Shown here: positions 43,946 to 52,767 of the stretch, piece after piece
How positions within the stretch are numbered: position 1 is the stretch's first letter
Layout of the letters: each line of letters begins with the position of its first letter
NCBI GenBank assembly: GCA_020200135.1
Contig: JAIVJI010000009.1
Location: 1,642-65,641, forward strand
DNA length: 64,000 nt
Origin: Acidobacteriota bacterium
GTDB lineage: Bacteria > Acidobacteriota > Blastocatellia > Pyrinomonadales > Pyrinomonadaceae
Reading direction: 5' to 3'
Notes under the pieces: model-generated
The model's input: the letters and a program-made list of their open reading frames with translations, nothing else
What the model was told of the DNA's origin: nothing
Database searches by the model: none
Program-made: the position numbers and the translations under genes

Positions 43946-44261
43946 CTCTCTTGTCTCCTCTCGGATTAAAGCGTCGCTTTTGAAAAACTTCGTGCGAGGC
44001 CGGGTGACCGAAACGGCAAGCCGGAACGACGGGCGTTGGAATCCCGACGCGGCAGCTTACGCGAAACGACGTGGAAAGTGCGTCAGAAAAAAAATAAGGC
44101 GGGCCCTCAAACATTTGAAAACCCGCCTTCAACCCGCCCTTGTTCGTTCGGAAAGAAAAACCCTTGCGAGGGAGAAATTATGTTCCTTCTTAAAGCTGCT
44201 CGGCCCTCAAAGAGTCGGGCCACTCACTCAAAAAAGATTCCGGCCCGGAGGGCCGGCCGCG

Positions 44262-44774
44262 TCAGTGCGCGGCCAGCCACTCGCCGAAGACCTGCGACTC
44301 TTCGAGCTTGCCCGACCAGCGGGCGCGGTTCTTGCCCGTCAGCGCCAGGATCATCGCCTGGTGCTGCCCGGCGCGGTCGCCGAGGCGCTCGAAGTAGTTG
44401 TAGAGCCGGTCGATGCGCGCCACCGATTCGCGCGCGGCCTCGACGTTGCGGAAGTGCAGGACGTTGCGGAAGTAGCGCGTGTAGACGTTCTGCTCCCGGC
44501 CCGTCGTCGTGTAGAGGTCGAAGTAGCCGTCGAGGTGCCCGGCCTGCTGCAAGACCTGCGCGACGTAGGAAGGCCGCGCCTTCACCTTGCGCACGATCTC
44601 GGCGATGTCCCTCGTGCCGGACTCGAAGAGGGAGACGATCTGCTCCTTCTTCGTCTTCTGCTCGACCTCGGTCGTTTCTGCCTGCGCCGCTGCGCCGCGA
44701 GCCGACGCCTCGTCGGCGTAGTCGAGCTCGAGCGCGAGCGGCTTCATCTCTTCAATCAACTCTTCTGTCGTCAT
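44262..44774 (-). CDS. Hypothetical protein (170 aa), possible HTH
   Basis: Clean ORF with a GGTGAGGAG Shine-Dalgarno. Lies downstream of the Rad52-like gene. No recognised family. Confidence 0.45.
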   Translation of the reverse strand: MTTEELIEEMKPLALELDYADEASARGAAAQAETTEVEQKTKKEQIVSLFESGTRDIAEIVRKVKARPSYVAQVLQQAGHLDGYFDLYTTTGREQNVYTRYFRNVLHFRNVEAARESVARIDRLYNYFERLGDRAGQHQAMILALTGKNRARWSGKLEESQVFGEWLAAH

Positions 44775-44817
44775 CTCTCCTCACCCCCTTGCCAATGAGC
44801 AGTCGTTTAGATGCTCG

Positions 44818-44853
44818 GGGCGGCGGGCAGTTCGCTTCCGGTGCCCGCCGCCC
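44818..44853 (-). terminator. GC hairpin after the Rad52-like gene
   Basis: GGGCGGCGGGCA-N12-TGCCCGCCGCCC. There is no clear T-run. Confidence 0.4.
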
Positions 44854-44872
44854 GCCCCCGCTGCTCACCCGA

Positions 44873-46165
44873 CTAGCTGGCGCGGCGCACCTCGAAGGTC
44901 TGCTGGTTCTGCAGGCCCTTGAGGTGGTCGATGAAGCTCGAAGCGGCGCGCTTCGACAGCTCCTCGGTGCGGACGCGCATCACCTGCTGGCTCTCCTCGT
45001 CCGGGTCCACGCCGGCCTCGCGCGCGAGCGCGCGGATCATGCCGAGCTGCTTGGGCGTGACGAGGTCGGCCATCGACTTGGCGAGCGGGTCGCGCGGGAA
45101 GTCGCCGGGCTGCGGGCCGGAGCCCTCGCGCTCGATGACCTCCGACTCGCGCTGGTAGAGCTCGCGCGCGATGCCGAACTTGATGGCGGCGCGCTTCAAG
45201 GCGTCGTGCTCGGCCTTCTTAATGCCGGTCTCGTTGTCGGCGTTACCCGTGCCCACGCCCTCGCGCGTGACGCCGTCGATGGAGATGGCGCAGGTGACGG
45301 CCACCATGTCGCCGATCTGGACGATGCCGCGCACCGCGTGCGACCAGGTCGGGGCGACGCGGTCGAGGATGTCCGCGACGGCGTGCCACTCGACGTACTC
45401 GACCATGTGCTGGTTGCCGTTGCGGTCGCGCCAGCCTTCGCGCGTCTTGATGAGGCGCGGGTCGACCGGCTGCTTGAGCGTGCTCAAAGTCTTGGCGAAC
45501 GAGAGCGGCACGACGGGCGCGGCCGTCTGCTGCTCGTACTCTTCGGCGGTGATGAAGTCCTGCGACTCTTCCGCCTTCTGAACGTGTGCGGTTGCTTTCT
45601 TCGTCATCACTAGCTCCTCTGTCTCTTCGTGTTCCGCGAGCGAACGCTGAGGAGTCCCGGCGGGGGCGATCGTCTCGACCCCCGGCGCGACCGCCGGCTG
45701 CTCGTTCTGCTCCCGTACGAAGCGCGGCGCTTTGCGCGGCGCCCTGAGCTGGGCCTCCGCGGCAGCCTCGCCGAGCTTCTCGGATGCGGGTTGCGTGTTA
45801 ATGTTGGGCGTCTCCGCCGCAACAACGTTCTCGGGAGTCGCGCCCTGCGCCTGCGGGGCGGAAACCTTCTCGGCCGCCTGCTTGGCCGCGGCCTCGGTGT
45901 TCTTGTTCAGGACGGCGTGCTTGACCGCGAGGATGTGCTCGCAGCGGTAGCGCGGGTCTTCCGCCGACCGCTCCTCGAACTCGAGACAAGTGCAGCGCAC
46001 GCGCCCCGCCTCGTCGCGCCAGACCTCGTAGGAGGCGCGGCGGCCCCGCAGGGTCGGCGTGGTGACGCGGAAGCGGTCGCCCTCGCGGTTCACCAACCCC
46101 ATCGCGGCGATGCCCTGCGCGCGCTTGTCGCGCATCAAAGCTTTCTTGTCGAGTACGGCAGTCAT
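44873..46165 (-). CDS. SWIM zinc-finger / Rad52-family single-strand annealing protein fusion
   Basis: N-terminal CTCLEF-x14-CEHILAV (CxC..CxH SWIM). Central VEYVEWHAVADILDRV...GVGTG...KKAEHDALKRAAIKFGIARELY is Rad52/Rad22-like. There is an extra C-terminal helical domain. Confidence 0.6.
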   Translation of the reverse strand: MTAVLDKKALMRDKRAQGIAAMGLVNREGDRFRVTTPTLRGRRASYEVWRDEAGRVRCTCLEFEERSAEDPRYRCEHILAVKHAVLNKNTEAAAKQAAEKVSAPQAQGATPENVVAAETPNINTQPASEKLGEAAAEAQLRAPRKAPRFVREQNEQPAVAPGVETIAPAGTPQRSLAEHEETEELVMTKKATAHVQKAEESQDFITAEEYEQQTAAPVVPLSFAKTLSTLKQPVDPRLIKTREGWRDRNGNQHMVEYVEWHAVADILDRVAPTWSHAVRGIVQIGDMVAVTCAISIDGVTREGVGTGNADNETGIKKAEHDALKRAAIKFGIARELYQRESEVIEREGSGPQPGDFPRDPLAKSMADLVTPKQLGMIRALAREAGVDPDEESQQVMRVRTEELSKRAASSFIDHLKGLQNQQTFEVRRAS

Positions 46166-46203
46166 GGCTTAAATCCTCCGTCCGGACCTCTCGGAAACTG
46201 ACT

Positions 46204-46494
46204 TCAGGCGGCCTTCTCCGTGGGCATCTGCGTGACCCGCTCGGCCGCCTCGGGCTGGGTGACGAAGCCGGCGCGCTCCTGCAAGCGGCGCTCGAGCTCG
46301 ACGACCCTGCGCTCCAACTCCTCGACCCGACGACCCTGCCGGTGCAGGGTCTTGAACAGGCCGTCGAACGTCTCCCAAACCGTGTCGCTCACCTTCTGTT
46401 TCACTCCTTGAATCTCAGGACGCCGCATGTTTGCCGCAACGCTCTGTTTCATACGTGAAACAGTGTACCGCAGTCCCCGCTTTGTTGCAAGCAT
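46204..46494 (-). CDS. Small coiled-coil hypothetical protein (start uncertain: 46494, 46452 or 46428)
   Basis: ELERRVVELERRLQE coiled coil. Transcribed divergently from the XRE gene. Confidence 0.35.
   Translation of the reverse strand: MLATKRGLRYTVSRMKQSVAANMRRPEIQGVKQKVSDTVWETFDGLFKTLHRQGRRVEELERRVVELERRLQERAGFVTQPEAAERVTQMPTEKAA
46444..46463. promoter_or_regulatory. Operator-like perfect palindrome
   Basis: CTGTTTCA-tacg-TGAAACAG in the divergent control region. It overlaps the candidate ATG at 46452. Confidence 0.4.
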
Positions 46495-46505
46495 AAAACA
46501 AGGTC

Positions 46506-46534
46506 TTGCGCAGGAAATTTTCTTGTGCTATGTT
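46506..46534 (+). promoter_or_regulatory. Possible sigma-70 promoter of the XRE gene
   Basis: TTGCGC-N17-TATGTT. Confidence 0.3.
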
Positions 46535-46598
46535 GGGGGTCGAAAGGGTGGCGCAGGAGTCCGTGTGGATGACCGCGCGCCGCCGAAGGAGGCCGAAA

Positions 46599-46970
46599 AT
46601 GGCAGATCAGTCGAAGAGTTTAGTCAACACGGTAGAGCTGGGGCGCGCCATCCGACGCAGGCGCGAGGAGCTGGGTCTTTCTTTGAGGGACGTGGCCGAC
46701 GAGACCGGGGTCTCGGCCTCGACGCTCTCGCGCATCGAGAACGGCACGGGCAAGCCCGACGCCGACAACATCGCGCGCCTGACGGGGTGGCTCGACATGC
46801 CCGTCTACTTCCCGCACGAGGCCACGCCCGACATCGTCGAGGCGCACCTGAGGGCCGACCGGAACCTGACGCCCGAGACGGCCAAGGCGCTCTCCGAGCT
46901 CTTCCGCGTCGCCTACACGCAGTTCAGCGCGCCCGGCACCGACACGCGCGGCCGCAAGGGCCGGAAGTAG
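46599..46970 (+). CDS. XRE-family helix-turn-helix transcriptional regulator
   Basis: GRAIRRRREELGLSLRDVADETGVSASTLSRIENG. ATG 46599 (M32 of the tracked ORF) with a GAAGGAGG Shine-Dalgarno. Confidence 0.8.
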   Translation: MADQSKSLVNTVELGRAIRRRREELGLSLRDVADETGVSASTLSRIENGTGKPDADNIARLTGWLDMPVYFPHEATPDIVEAHLRADRNLTPETAKALSELFRVAYTQFSAPGTDTRGRKGRK

Positions 46971-47075
46971 ACTCGGGCCGGTCGTCGGATAAGTCAGTCT
47001 CAGAAGTTCTAAGCGCGGGGCGTTCACTCAGGCGGGTTGAGCGCCCCTTCCTTATTTTCAACAAAGGAGAGGAAC

Positions 47076-47549
47076 ATGCCTGAGAAAGTGAACCATATCC
47101 CCGACGGTTATCACAGCGTGACGCCATATCTGGTCGTGGACGGCGGGGCGCGGGCTTTGGAGTTTTACAGGCAGGCGTTCGGGGCGGTGGAGGTGTTTCG
47201 GATGGACGGGCCGGACGGGAAGATCGGCCACGCGGAGATAAAGATCGGCGACTCGCACGTCATGCTCGCCGACGAGCACCCGGAGATGGGCGCGCGCGGC
47301 CCGCAGGCGTTCGGCGGGTCGCCGGTGAGCCTGATGCTCTACGTCGAGGACGTGGACGCGACCGTCGGCCGCGCCGTCGAGGCCGGCGCGAAGCTGACGA
47401 GGCCGGTCGCGGACCAGTTCTACGGCGACCGGACGGGCGGGGTGACCGACCCCTTCGGCCACGTCTGGTACGTCGCCACGCACGTCGAGGACGTGGCTGT
47501 CGAGGAGTTACAGAAGCGTGCGGCGACCGCGCACCAGGGCGGGGCGTAA
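47076..47549 (+). CDS. VOC-family protein (PhnB-like)
   Basis: GYHSVTPYLVVDGGARALEFYRQAFGA...HAEIKIGDSHVMLADE...FGHVWYVATH. Confidence 0.75.
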   Translation: MPEKVNHIPDGYHSVTPYLVVDGGARALEFYRQAFGAVEVFRMDGPDGKIGHAEIKIGDSHVMLADEHPEMGARGPQAFGGSPVSLMLYVEDVDATVGRAVEAGAKLTRPVADQFYGDRTGGVTDPFGHVWYVATHVEDVAVEELQKRAATAHQGGA

Positions 47550-47562
47550 GCGGGCGTAAGTC

Positions 47563-47608
47563 GAACGGAGGGGGGCGGCTCGTTGACTACGCGCCGCCCC
47601 TTCCGTTC
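47563..47608 (+). terminator. Terminator-like hairpin
   Basis: GAACGGAGGGGGGCGGC-N13-GCCGCCCCTTCCGTTC. Confidence 0.5.
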
Positions 47609-47643
47609 GGGCGACGCGGGTCGAGCAAGGGGAAGGTTTCGGG

Positions 47644-48498
47644 TTGAAGTTCAAGGCGATTTACGGCGTCGATTTTAGCGGCGCGCGGCTGGCGGGGCGG
47701 AACACCTGGGTGGCGAGAATCGAGCGCGGGGGGCGCGGAGCCGGCGGGTGCGGGAGCCCCTGGCGGCTGGCGTCGCTGGCGCGGCTCGAAGACCTGTGCG
47801 GGACGGCGTTGCGCGCGGAGGCTCTGGGGCACCTGGTCGAGCTGATCGGGGTGTCGGAGTCGGCGCTGTGGAGTCTGGACTTCCCGTTCGGGCTCCCGGT
47901 GGAGATTCTGGGCGAGTGCTGGGCGAGGCAGTTCGAGTTCCTCGGCGAGTGGGGCGAGGACGGTTACGGGGCGGGGCTCGAATGCGTGCGGCGCTCGAAG
48001 GAGCTGTGTGGGGCCAAGCACATCCGCCGGCTGACCGACATCGAGGAGCGCGCGCCGTTCGACCCTTACCACTACCGCATCATCTACCAGACCTTCCACG
48101 GGATGCGCGACGTGCTCGCGCCGCTCAGACGCAGGCGCGACACGGCCATCCTCCCCTTCCAGTACCTCAGGCTGACGCGCGCGCGCCGCGTCCTCGTCGA
48201 AGCCTGCCCCGCCTCGACCTTGAAGCGCATGAAGCTCCCGCACCAGAACTACAAGCAGCCCGAGGGCGGCCCGCTCACGCCCAAGCGCCGGCGCACACGC
48301 CGCGTGATACTCGACGGCCTCGCGCGCCACGTCTGCATCCGGCCCACGGACCGCCTCCGCATCATGCGCAACGGCGGCGGCGACGCCCTCGACGCGGTCC
48401 TCGCCGCCCTCGGCGCCGCGCGCTCCTGGCGCGAGACCGACCACTCGGCGGTCGCCCGCCACCGACGCTACCCGCGCGAAGGCCGCCTCTACGTCTGA
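47644..48498 (+). CDS. DUF429-like protein (predicted RNase H-fold nuclease)
   Basis: YGVDFSGA at the N-terminus and GGGDALDAVLAALGA near the C-terminus. TTG start. Confidence 0.5.
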   Translation: MKFKAIYGVDFSGARLAGRNTWVARIERGGRGAGGCGSPWRLASLARLEDLCGTALRAEALGHLVELIGVSESALWSLDFPFGLPVEILGECWARQFEFLGEWGEDGYGAGLECVRRSKELCGAKHIRRLTDIEERAPFDPYHYRIIYQTFHGMRDVLAPLRRRRDTAILPFQYLRLTRARRVLVEACPASTLKRMKLPHQNYKQPEGGPLTPKRRRTRRVILDGLARHVCIRPTDRLRIMRNGGGDALDAVLAALGAARSWRETDHSAVARHRRYPREGRLYV

Positions 48499-48517
48499 CA
48501 GGGTCGGGGCGAATTCA

Positions 48518-48910
48518 ATGGCTGAAAAGCCCCGCGGGGCGGGTATAATTCGAGCCGTGGATACTGAGAAGCTGCCGCCGACGTTCAAGGGGAGACAGTA
48601 TGAGGTCCGCGCGTTGGGGCTGCGCGACTTCGCGGGGCTGCGCCGCGACGACGAGGCGCTGGACCCTTTCGAGCTGGCGTACTTCGCGAAGCTGATGGTC
48701 ATCAACTTCGACGAGATAGCGGGGCTCTCCGAGCAGACGCGCGAGCACCTGCTGGGCGTGGGCGTCAGCGACTGGTCGGGCGGGACTTCGTCGCGGCCCC
48801 TGCCGAACGGGTGGCGTCTGGTCATCCTCAACCCGAAGCACGGGCGCTCGCGGAACAACGCGACGCTGATGGAGGAGGTCTGCCACGTCTTCCTCTCGAG
48901 TACCGCCTGA
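48518..48910 (+). pseudogene. ImmA/IrrE-like metallopeptidase remnant (degenerate HExxH, truncated)
   Basis: VILNPKHGRSRNNATLMEEVCHVFL has the layout of the ImmA active-site region, but the first His is replaced. The ORF stops 5 codons later, and the continuation is in another frame (48811-49029). Confidence 0.4.
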
Positions 48911-49043
48911 AGGTCTGCCGCCTCTGGGCCGAGTACAGGCAGCGCCACCCGGAGGAGGACGCCGCGCGCGAGCAGCGTCGCAGGGCTTTCGCGGCCGCGA
49001 CCGCCGAGCGCAACGGCGGGGCCGACTAGAAAGGGAAGTGCGG

Positions 49044-49093
49044 AAAGTTAAAAGGCGCGCCCTTCCTCACGGAGGGGCGCGCCTTTTAACTTT
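49044..49093. terminator. Bidirectional terminator hairpin
   Basis: AAAGTTAAAAGGCGCGCCC-N12-GGGCGCGCCTTTTAACTTT (19-bp stem) between convergent ORFs. Confidence 0.7.
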
Positions 49094-49120
49094 AGCGGCC
49101 GGCGCTTTGTCGCCGACCGG

Positions 49121-50092
49121 TTACTGCCGCGCCTGCGCGCGTCCCGACTGAATGAGGCGCTGGCGCGCGGTGTTGCCGGGGACGGCGATGTGTGCGGCCG
49201 GGTCGAACTCCTTGCCGACGGAAGGGCTGCCCTGCGGCACCCAGATTTCCACGCGCGTCGAGCTGTAGCCCGAAGGCAGGTAGCGCACGAAGTAGCCGTC
49301 CGGGTGCGCCGACCAGCGCCCCGAAGGCACGTCGCGGCTGCCGGGCCCGAGCGGCGCGTTGCCCGAGAGTACCGCCACGCGCTCCATCTCGGCGAATGAC
49401 GCGCCGGGCGTGGTCAGCATCCGGCGGAGCTGCGCCTCGGCCTGCGCTATCTGCCTGAGCGGCTCGGGGACGCCGCCGAGCGCGTCGGTCAGGGCGTTGC
49501 CCTGGAGCACGTCGAGCGCGCTGCGGTTAAGCCCCGCGAGCTGGCGCGGCGTGAGCAGCTGCGAGGCGACGGCCTTGATGTCGCCCTGCAGGTCTTCAAA
49601 CTTGGCGCGCGCGATGATGGCCCACAGGAGCTGCTGAATCTTCTGCTGCGGGATTTCGGGGCGGTTGACCGAGTTGCGGACGATGGTCATCACGGCGTCA
49701 TCGGCCGGGCCCTTCGGGGGCGCGTAGAGGTAGCCGTCGCCGCCGCCGGGGCCGTGCGTGCCGGCCTTGAGGCAGTAGCTCTGCGCCTGCAACTCGTAGA
49801 GGCCGGGCTGGAGGACGAAGCCGCCGTTGGGCGTGCGCTGCAAGGTCATCAAGCTCCGCCCGGCCTCGCGCGGCGTGGCGCCGTCCATGTCGGCCCGCGC
49901 CCACTTGGCGTCTTCGAGGCTGGTCGTGATGGGCTGCTTGTCGCCGAGCAGGTTCGGCGTCTTCTTCTTCAGCTTGTCGCCGAGGCCGCCAAGGCCCCCG
50001 AGCTGCGCGGAGGCCGTGGCGGCGAAGGCCGCCGTCAGCACGAAGGCGAAGAACGCCCACAGAGTCGAACGTTTAATACTTGAGTTGTGCAT
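49121..50092 (-). CDS. Secreted hypothetical protein (323 aa)
   Basis: Signal peptide STLWAFFAFVLTAAFAATASA. No recognisable domain. Confidence 0.5.
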   Translation of the reverse strand: MHNSSIKRSTLWAFFAFVLTAAFAATASAQLGGLGGLGDKLKKKTPNLLGDKQPITTSLEDAKWARADMDGATPREAGRSLMTLQRTPNGGFVLQPGLYELQAQSYCLKAGTHGPGGGDGYLYAPPKGPADDAVMTIVRNSVNRPEIPQQKIQQLLWAIIARAKFEDLQGDIKAVASQLLTPRQLAGLNRSALDVLQGNALTDALGGVPEPLRQIAQAEAQLRRMLTTPGASFAEMERVAVLSGNAPLGPGSRDVPSGRWSAHPDGYFVRYLPSGYSSTRVEIWVPQGSPSVGKEFDPAAHIAVPGNTARQRLIQSGRAQARQ

Positions 50093-50299
50093 CGAGTTCC
50101 TTACTTCTCCAGGGGTTAGAAAGATACCGCAGTGCCTAGATGTTAACTCCCCGCCGGGGGTTGGACAAGCGGGATTTTACGGGCTTGAAATTTGAAGGTC
50201 CAAATCCGGCCTTCCGCCCGCCCGCCTCTTCACATTTCCCCCGCCGCCTATTAACTTCTCAGGCATGACGGAGGGCGGCGTCCCCGCCTCTCGATCGAC

Positions 50300-51250
50300 T
50301 TGCAACACGGTCTCTTCAACTGCTTCTCGCGCGACGAGGGCGGCGACGCCATTACCTTTTACGAGCTGATGCACGGCGTCACCTTCGCGCGCGCCGTCCG
50401 CGAGCTGGCGCGCGAGCTGGGGCTCGACGGGCGCAAGGGGCGCCGGCCGTCTCTCGCCTCCGTCTCGGCGCCCGACCCGGCGGAGACGGACGCGGAGAGC
50501 CCGGAGAGCCTTGCGCCGCTCGACCCGGCGCAGACCGCCGAGGCCTGCGCGCGCTTCCTCGAAATCTGCCGCGCCGAAGACCAGCTCGAAGGCGTGGCCT
50601 ACCTCGCGCGGCGCGGCATCGACGCGGCGACCGCCCGCCGCGCGGGGCTGACCTACTTCCCGCGCCGCGCCTACCGCCGCGTGATGCGGCGGATGCTCGA
50701 AGGCTTTTCGCAGGAGACGCTCCGGCGCGCCGGACTCTTCAACCGCAGGGAGCACCTGACCTTTTACCACCACCGGCTGCTCTTTCCGTTTTTCGTCGGC
50801 GGCCGTCCCGTCTACCTCCAGGCGCGCACGACCGCCGCCGGCGTCGAGCCGCGCTGGCACAACATGCGCGGCCCCGTCCCCGCGCTCTACAACGCCGACG
50901 CGCTCCGGACGCTCCCGAGCGGCTCCATCCTCTACCTCGTCGAGGGCTTCACGGACACGCTGACGCTCCTCGCCAACGGCTTCGACGCGGTCGGGCTCGT
51001 CGGCGCGGGCGGGCTCAAGGAGGAGTGGCTGGCACCGCTGGGGCGCTTCCGCGTCGTCGCCGCGCTCGACCCGGACGCCGCCGGCCGCCGCGCCGCCGCT
51101 CGCTACCGCGAGCTGTTCGCCGCCCGCGGCCTCCGCCTCGCCGCCGTCGAGCTGCCTTCGGACGTTAACGACTTCTTCCGCCGTCTCCCCGTCGCCGGCC
51201 TCGAACTCGACGTGCTGACGGAAAAGGCTTTGGAAGGGGTAGACCGCTAG
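50300..51250 (+). CDS. Primase-like Toprim protein with a degenerate, start-less CHC2 zinc finger (possible pseudogene)
   Basis: In-frame TAA at 50252, then LLRHDGGRRPRLSIDLQHGLFNCFSRDEGGDAITF (compare the CPFH..PS..CFGCG..GD layout; the cysteines are lost). Toprim motifs LVEGFTDTLTL and ALDPDAAGRRAA. Confidence 0.55.
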   Translation: MQHGLFNCFSRDEGGDAITFYELMHGVTFARAVRELARELGLDGRKGRRPSLASVSAPDPAETDAESPESLAPLDPAQTAEACARFLEICRAEDQLEGVAYLARRGIDAATARRAGLTYFPRRAYRRVMRRMLEGFSQETLRRAGLFNRREHLTFYHHRLLFPFFVGGRPVYLQARTTAAGVEPRWHNMRGPVPALYNADALRTLPSGSILYLVEGFTDTLTLLANGFDAVGLVGAGGLKEEWLAPLGRFRVVAALDPDAAGRRAAARYRELFAARGLRLAAVELPSDVNDFFRRLPVAGLELDVLTEKALEGVDR

Positions 51251-51354
51251 ACGGTAGCGGGAAGCTCTGCCCGGCGGGCGCTGACAGTGACGACTGAGGC
51301 ACGGCGGGCGCAGGTTTTTTCTACCGGCTACTGACTACTGGCTACCGTCTACTC
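51239..51354. repeat. Period-7 palindromic element, family A variant
   Basis: GTAGACC GCTAGAC GGTAGCG ... TTTTTT CTACCGG CTACTGA CTACTGG CTACCGT CTACTC. The left arm carries the TAG stop of the primase-like gene. Confidence 0.8.
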
Positions 51355-51360
51355 TATAAT
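51331..51360 (+). promoter_or_regulatory. Possible promoter built from the right arm (CTGACT-N18-TATAAT)
   Basis: A perfect TATAAT at 51355-51360 lies 9 nt before ATG 51370, with no Shine-Dalgarno. This implies a leaderless or near-leaderless mRNA. Confidence 0.3.
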
Positions 51361-51369
51361 CCACCGCTA

Positions 51370-52668
51370 ATGGCCGAAGAGACCGCGAACGTGGGGGTGA
51401 AGGCGTCGGGGCTGACCCTGGCCGACAAGCTGCGCCTGCTGCTGGAGATCACGAGGAAGATCAGCCGCTCGCTCGACCTCGAAGAGGTTCTGGCGCAGGT
51501 GATGGACACGCTCGACTCGCTGCTCCCCTACCACGCGGCGGGCATCTACATCATCCGCCGCGACCCGCACCTGAGCGAGGGCGGCACCGCCTCGCTCGTC
51601 TTCCACGCCGAGGCCGTGCGCGGCTACGACATCGAGGAGCTGATGGAGCTGCGGCTCAAGCTCGGCGAGGGGCTCATCGGCTGGGTCGCGCAGACGGGCG
51701 AGGCGGTCGTCGTCTCCGACGTGAGCGCCGACCCGCGCTACGTCAACGCGCGCCGCGAGACGCGCTCCGAGGTCGTCGCCCCCATCATCTCGAACGACTC
51801 GGTCATCGGCGTCTTCGACCTCGAATCCGACGACCTCGGCGCCTACGGCGAGGACGACAAGCAGCTCCTCATGCTGCTCGCCTCGCAGGTCGCCATCATC
51901 GTCGAGAAGGCGATGCTGCACGAGCAGCTCGTCGAGAAGAAGCGGCTCGAGGCGCAGCTCGAGGTCGCGCGTCAGGTTCAGCTCGCGCTCCTGCCCGACA
52001 GCGACCCCGAGGTCGACGGCTTCGACATCTCGGCCTACAACTTCTCGACCGAGGAGGTCTCGGGCGACTACTACGACTTCGTCAAGCCCTACGACGACCA
52101 CCTCGGCCTCGTCATCGCCGACGTCTCGGGCAAGGGCGTCCCGGCCTCGCTCCTGATGGCCTTCCTGCGCGCCTCCCTGCGCTCGGCCATCCACGTCGGC
52201 TACGCGCCGAACGTCGCGATGGCGAAGGTCAACTACCTCTTGTGGGAGTCCATCGAGGAGCACCAGTTCGTCACGGCCTTCTACGGGATGCTCGACGCGA
52301 CGAACCGCACGCTGGCCTTCGTCAACGCCGGACACAACCCGCTGCTCGTCCTCAACCCGGACGCCAGCCCGCGCTTCGTCGAGCGCGGCGGCCTCCCGCT
52401 CGGCCTCTTCAAGGACACGCGATACTACGAGTACTACCTGCCCATCGACGCCGGGCAGACCCTCGTCCTCTACACCGACGGCGCCACCGAGGCGCAGAGC
52501 CCCGCGGGGCAAGAGTACGGCCGCGACCGCCTCGTCGAGGTCGTCCGCCGCAGCCGACACCTCAGCGCGCGCGCCATGATCGACTTCATTTACAACGACA
52601 TCTTCGAGTGGACGGGCGGCCAGGGCTCCGGCGACGACGTGACCTTCGTCATCATCAAGGCACTGTGA
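51370..52668 (+). CDS. GAF-domain PP2C (SpoIIE/RsbU-type) serine phosphatase
   Basis: N-terminal GAF domain, then VSGDYYDF, ADVSGKGVPASLLMA, NAGHNPLL and LYTDGATEA. Confidence 0.85.
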   Translation: MAEETANVGVKASGLTLADKLRLLLEITRKISRSLDLEEVLAQVMDTLDSLLPYHAAGIYIIRRDPHLSEGGTASLVFHAEAVRGYDIEELMELRLKLGEGLIGWVAQTGEAVVVSDVSADPRYVNARRETRSEVVAPIISNDSVIGVFDLESDDLGAYGEDDKQLLMLLASQVAIIVEKAMLHEQLVEKKRLEAQLEVARQVQLALLPDSDPEVDGFDISAYNFSTEEVSGDYYDFVKPYDDHLGLVIADVSGKGVPASLLMAFLRASLRSAIHVGYAPNVAMAKVNYLLWESIEEHQFVTAFYGMLDATNRTLAFVNAGHNPLLVLNPDASPRFVERGGLPLGLFKDTRYYEYYLPIDAGQTLVLYTDGATEAQSPAGQEYGRDRLVEVVRRSRHLSARAMIDFIYNDIFEWTGGQGSGDDVTFVIIKAL

Positions 52669-52672
52669 AGGA

Positions 52673-52765
52673 GAGTAGACGGTAGTCAGTAGAAAACTAT
52701 GGCGGCGCGCCCGGCCCGAAGGCTAAGACGCGCCGCCTGTTTTTTCTACTGACTACTGTCTACTC
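52673..52765. repeat. Period-7 palindromic element, family A
   Basis: GAGTAGACGGTAGTCAGTAGAAAACTATGGCGGCGCG-N19-CGCGCCGCCTGTTTTTTCTACTGACTACTGTCTACTC. The 37-nt arms have ~4 mismatches, and the GC core is the same as at 15569-15677. Confidence 0.9.
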
Positions 52766-52767
52766 GC

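Noticed and set aside
44262-51250. An intact prophage or integrative element.
   Set aside because: There is no integrase, terminase, capsid or tail genes, tRNA target or flanking direct repeats in view, and two key genes are degenerate. It is treated as a remnant.
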